Shown here piece after piece: positions 60,103-64,000 of a DNA stretch of 64,000 bases; position 1 is the stretch's first letter, and every line of letters begins with the position of its first letter. A program made the translations under genes and the position numbers. The notes under the pieces are model-generated. The model made no database searches and had not been told where the DNA came from. It worked only from the letters and a program-made list of their open reading frames with translations. Source of the stretch: Candidatus Cloacimonadales bacterium (GTDB lineage: Bacteria > Cloacimonadota > Cloacimonadia > Cloacimonadales > JAIOQZ01); the NCBI GenBank assembly GCA_963662655.2, contig CAXXTU010000002.1:3520001-3584000 (forward strand), in the 5' to 3' direction.

Positions 60103-60131
60103 AAAGCCCCTGGAAACAGGGGCTTTTTTTT
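60103..60131 (+). terminator. Intrinsic terminator closing the Agl/Glt-like operon
   Basis: AAAGCCCCTG-gaaa-CAGGGGCTTT plus a T run. Confidence 0.92.
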
Positions 60132-60138
60132 GGGGAGA

Positions 60139-60247
60139 CGAAATGCGTTTAAATAAAGGTCCCGCCTCTTTTGAAATGCGATTTGCGATGGGCAAATCCC
60201 CTTCCAAAAGAAGACGTCCCGCCCTCCCGTAATGTAAACGCATTTCG
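60139..60247. repeat. Nested inverted-repeat element
   Basis: Perfect 13-bp terminal IR CGAAATGCGTTTA / TAAACGCATTTCG with an internal hairpin. Confidence 0.6.
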
Positions 60248-60322
60248 AGGGAAAAGGGGAGTCCGTTGAAAACCGCTGGACACGAACTTATTGTGGAGCT
60301 TCACTGACCACCGAGGTATAGC

Positions 60323-62722
60323 TTGGAATACTACTACAACATTGCGTTACCAGTAAATCTGTCTCAGTTTTATACGTACAGGAGTCCTGAGCGACTTGAA
60401 CAGGGTTGCCGGGTTCTTGTAACGCTTAAGAATAACGTTTATACGGGCGTAGTGTGGGACGTATGTCCCGAAAGCGATTTGAGTAAAGGTATCAAGTATC
60501 TCCGCATTCAGCAGGTTGTCGATCGGCGCGCGATTGTCCCGGATAACCTGATGCGCCTGGCGGAGTGGATATCGCGCTATTATCGCTGTCCACTGGGCAT
60601 AGCGTTCTTCTCCATGCTTCCTCCGGGACTGAATGTCAGGCTTGCCCAGAAGGTGGTACGAAGCTGCTTGGAGGTAACATCCCTCTCAGATGAAGCGAGA
60701 TCGTTGCTTTCTCTGATTCCTGAGGATGCCGAGACAGATATCTCACAATTGATGGAGACGAGCTCTCAGGATGGATTTTACAACATCCTGGAAGAGCTCG
60801 AGGAGTCGGGCAGTGTTGAGGTTCTGCGGAACATCGACAAGAAGGTGAAGCAGAAGACGGTCAACTACGTAATCGTCGATCCTGACTACGGTGATAAACT
60901 GGATGCCGTCCGGGACGCACCGAAACAGAGGGAGGCTTTCGAGCACATCTTATCGGTTGGCAACGAGTTTCCGCTGGCCCGAATCGCGGAACAGTTCAGC
61001 TACACGATCATCAAAGAATTGCGAAACAAGGGTTTGTTGCGACTCGAGCCCAGGAAGATCATGGATGCCTATCACTTCGAGAAGCCGGAAGGCGAGCGTC
61101 CGAGATTCGAGCTGACAGCAGAACAGGCCCGGGTTTTCGAAGAGGTTTCGTCGGTGCTTGCGGAGGATCGATTTGCGCCGTTTCTCCTCTACGGTATCAC
61201 GGGTAGCGGCAAGACGGAAGTCTATATCCGGCTCATTGAAAAGGTGATTGCGAAGGGGAAAACAGCGCTTTTGCTGGTGCCTGAGATATCCCTGACGCCG
61301 CAGATGGTGCATCGTTTCTACTTGGCGTTTGGCGAGGACATCGCCGTCCTGCACAGCAACTTGAACGTGCGGGAGAAACTGGCCGAGTGGCGCAACATAC
61401 GCGCTGGGCGAGTCCGAATCGTAATCGGAGCTCGTAGCGCGATCTTCGCTCCGCTGAAGGATATCGGCATCATTATCGTGGACGAGGAGCACGAGACGAG
61501 CTACAAGCAGGAATCCGCTCCCCGCTATCATGCCCGGGATATCGCCGTTGTCCGCGCGAAGCAGGAGGGAGCGATTGCTCTTCTGGGCAGCGCGACGCCT
61601 TCGCTGGAGTCCTGGTACAACGCTCGGGAAGGCAATTACGGACTTCTGACCCTTACACTGCGCCCCGCAGGAAGCAATCTGCCGGAAGTGAAGATCATCG
61701 ATATGCGCAAGCAACCTCAGGGAGAGGTGCTCTCCCATCTGCTTCGCAGCAAGATCGAGGATCGCCTGCGCGCTAAGGAGCAGGTAATCCTTTTCCTGAA
61801 CCGGAGAGGTCACGCGTCGTTCTTGCAGTGTACCTCATGCGGGAAGCTTTTCAAGTGCAAGAACTGCGACATCAGCCTGAACTATCACAGCCGGCAGAAG
61901 GAACTGATGTGCCATTATTGCGGCTATCACATTGAGATGCCTCGCAAATGCCCCGATTGCGGAAGCTATCTCTTCGCGTACGGCGCGCCGGGGACGCAGC
62001 AGGCCGAGGAGCAGATTCAGACGATCTTCCCCGAGGCTCGTATTCTTCGCATGGACGCGGATACTACCACCGCGAAGGACAGCTACCAATCGATGTTCGA
62101 CCGAATGAAGAACGGGCATGTGGATATTCTCCTGGGGACGCAAATGATCTCCAAGGGGCTCGATTTCCCCAACGTAACACTGGTGGGCGTCCTCTCAGCC
62201 GAAGTAACGCTCAACGTGCCGGATTTTCGTTCAGCGGAGCGTTCCTTCCAGCTCATTACGCAGGTCGCCGGTCGGGCGGGTCGCAGGGAGAAGGAGGGCG
62301 AGGTGATCATCCAGACCTACAATCCCGAGCATTATTCGATCGTGCTGGCGTCCCATCAGGATTTCCGGGCGTTTTCCCGGGAAGAGCTTGGCTACAGGGA
62401 GCAGTTCCAGTATCCGCCCTATTATCGCATTGCGCGGATATTATTCCGCCACAAAGATAACAACACGCTGAATGCGAAGATGGAGCGACTGAAGATTTTT
62501 CTCCAGCAAGAAAAGAAGCGTTTGCAGGAGCTGAATGTGATTGTGTTCGGTCCGGTCCCCGCCCCGCTGACTCGCGTGGACGACATGTATCGTTATCATG
62601 TGGTGCTCAAGGGGAAGTCGGTGAAGAATCTGCAAATGTGCGTGCAGCATCTCATGAACTACACGAAAGAGATGGGCAATGTGAAGATTACGCTGGATAT
62701 CGATCCGGGATCGCTGATGTAA
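60323..62722 (+). CDS. priA: Primosomal protein N' (replication restart helicase)
   Basis: GITGSGKTEVY, LVPEISLTPQ, VDEEHE, GSATPS, four CxxC pairs, GTQMISKGLDFP. Confidence 0.98.
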   Translation: MEYYYNIALPVNLSQFYTYRSPERLEQGCRVLVTLKNNVYTGVVWDVCPESDLSKGIKYLRIQQVVDRRAIVPDNLMRLAEWISRYYRCPLGIAFFSMLPPGLNVRLAQKVVRSCLEVTSLSDEARSLLSLIPEDAETDISQLMETSSQDGFYNILEELEESGSVEVLRNIDKKVKQKTVNYVIVDPDYGDKLDAVRDAPKQREAFEHILSVGNEFPLARIAEQFSYTIIKELRNKGLLRLEPRKIMDAYHFEKPEGERPRFELTAEQARVFEEVSSVLAEDRFAPFLLYGITGSGKTEVYIRLIEKVIAKGKTALLLVPEISLTPQMVHRFYLAFGEDIAVLHSNLNVREKLAEWRNIRAGRVRIVIGARSAIFAPLKDIGIIIVDEEHETSYKQESAPRYHARDIAVVRAKQEGAIALLGSATPSLESWYNAREGNYGLLTLTLRPAGSNLPEVKIIDMRKQPQGEVLSHLLRSKIEDRLRAKEQVILFLNRRGHASFLQCTSCGKLFKCKNCDISLNYHSRQKELMCHYCGYHIEMPRKCPDCGSYLFAYGAPGTQQAEEQIQTIFPEARILRMDADTTTAKDSYQSMFDRMKNGHVDILLGTQMISKGLDFPNVTLVGVLSAEVTLNVPDFRSAERSFQLITQVAGRAGRREKEGEVIIQTYNPEHYSIVLASHQDFRAFSREELGYREQFQYPPYYRIARILFRHKDNNTLNAKMERLKIFLQQEKKRLQELNVIVFGPVPAPLTRVDDMYRYHVVLKGKSVKNLQMCVQHLMNYTKEMGNVKITLDIDPGSLM

Positions 62723-62748
62723 ACCGGTATCAAGCAAGGATAAATCGT

Positions 62749-63417
62749 TTAGAACTTGAAGGACGCCGTTAGAACCGGCGTCATGTCGTTCTCCATGTGG
62801 ACGCCCATTTCAAGCCTTCTATTGGCCTTGCGAGCGCTGATCATGGAGTTGAAGCCGCTCACGAGGTGATTCAGGACAATCGCTCCCACCATCGCTTGCG
62901 CATAGTCCTTGTTGCGCTGGATATCCTTGTAGTAGCTGGAGTACTGACTTCTCCTCTCGCGAGAATCCCAGTTCCATTTCTCGTTTTCTGTATATGCGTG
63001 TTCTTCTATATAGGTTGTACGAGCTTCGGGATCATCCGGATACCTGTTGATTGCAGTGCGACGAACGGCTTCGTTGTAGCCTCCGGCCTCGTAGCCCCAG
63101 CTATCGTATTTGGAAAGGTCCTGCTGGTACTTTCCGTCGAAGTTCCCAGGCTGGATACCGGCATACTTCATGGCGTATTCGTAGGCGTGGCGCTCGCTGA
63201 TGTCCGATTCCTCCTGAAAGTAGAACATGGAGCTCCACAAGAGCACTTCCGACACGATAAACGCATAACCAACGCTGTTTCCCTGCGAGAGCTCGCCATA
63301 CCCCGGTACAACGAGCGATTTCAGGAACATGAGTCCCGGGCTATGCTGCGCGAACGCGCTCATGAAAATCATCATGAGCACGAATAGAAGGACGATTTTT
63401 TTAGAAGTGAATTGCAT
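62749..63417 (-). CDS. Hypothetical exported / outer-membrane protein (DUF5683-like)
   Basis: Signal peptide, KSLVVPGYGEL motif, C-terminal Phe. Paralog of the neighbouring gene. Confidence 0.7.
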   Translation of the reverse strand: MQFTSKKIVLLFVLMMIFMSAFAQHSPGLMFLKSLVVPGYGELSQGNSVGYAFIVSEVLLWSSMFYFQEESDISERHAYEYAMKYAGIQPGNFDGKYQQDLSKYDSWGYEAGGYNEAVRRTAINRYPDDPEARTTYIEEHAYTENEKWNWDSRERRSQYSSYYKDIQRNKDYAQAMVGAIVLNHLVSGFNSMISARKANRRLEMGVHMENDMTPVLTASFKF

Positions 63418-64000
63418 AATTCAATCGGATCCCATTGTTTTGTAGATCGGGTTCAAAGGAGATATTCTTCAATGCACGATACGCTCGGTTGTGCTTCCGT
63501 GCGCTGGTGGCCGTTGAAATGACCGATACGATACGATTGAGGATTGCGGCTCCCATGGCGAAATTGGAGTAAAGCTCGAAATCCTGCTTTCTGCTGCGGC
63601 GTCTCTTGTACTCGCTCCAGTGGGAGCTGCTCTCCCAACGCCACGCTTCTTCTTCCACGATCAGATAGCTATCGAGATATTCCTGATATGCATCCGGGTC
63701 GTTGTTGTAGATGAGGTAGTAGTTTCTGGCGTCGCGGATCAGGTTGTCGTTGTAATCGTCGCTGCTGTAAAAATTCTGGATGCGCTGGTAGTAGGAATCG
63801 TCCTTTCCCTTGGGAACGCCGGCGTATGCGCTCGCGTAGTCCTGATAAGACTCGATGGCCCAGTCGCGCTCCTGATCCAGCTTGTAGTAAGCAAACCAGA
63901 TCAAAATCTCTGCGCTGATGAATGCCGCGCCTTTTTCATAATTGCCCATGTAGAGGTCGCCGCCGCCGGGAAGAACAGCTGAAAGAGCCATCGCCTTCAG
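63401..64000 (-). CDS. Hypothetical protein, paralog of 62749-63417 (5' truncated by window)
   Basis: LSAVLPGGGDLY, WRWES, AILNRIVS, C-terminal Phe. Frame stays open to the window edge. Confidence 0.7.
   Translation of the reverse strand: MKAMALSAVLPGGGDLYMGNYEKGAAFISAEILIWFAYYKLDQERDWAIESYQDYASAYAGVPKGKDDSYYQRIQNFYSSDDYNDNLIRDARNYYLIYNNDPDAYQEYLDSYLIVEEEAWRWESSSHWSEYKRRRSRKQDFELYSNFAMGAAILNRIVSVISTATSARKHNRAYRALKNISFEPDLQNNGIRLNYAIHF

Overview
Bacterial chromosomal segment of roughly 50-55% GC (by eye). The FlgD-Ig/T9SS-like C-terminal domain, GWxTD proteins and gene context suggest an FCB-superphylum anaerobe such as Cloacimonadota (inference). Housekeeping content: prs-rplY-pth-rpsF-ssb-rpsR-DUF2232-rplI, dciA-rpe-ffh-rpsP-khpA-rimM-trmD-rplS, a pyrB-C-K-D-R-F operon with a PyrR leader, tatD, dnaE and priA. 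Envelope content: alpha-2-macroglobulin, a frameshifted metallopeptidase/beta-propeller/Omp85-like gene, DegP, an SLT-TPR-M23 lipoprotein, pgsBCW poly-gamma-glutamate genes and two GWxTD genes. The main candidate new system is an 8-gene, ~11 kb operon (48980-60084) resembling the myxobacterial Agl-Glt proton-driven trans-envelope machine. It encodes a YjbH-like outer-membrane protein, two TPR proteins (one with lectin-like C-terminal domains), a small GltF-like protein, AglR/Q/S-like motor subunits and a GltG/PglI-like TonB-type transducer. No rRNA, tRNA, CRISPR array or transposase was recognised. All family assignments come from motif recognition by eye, not database searches.
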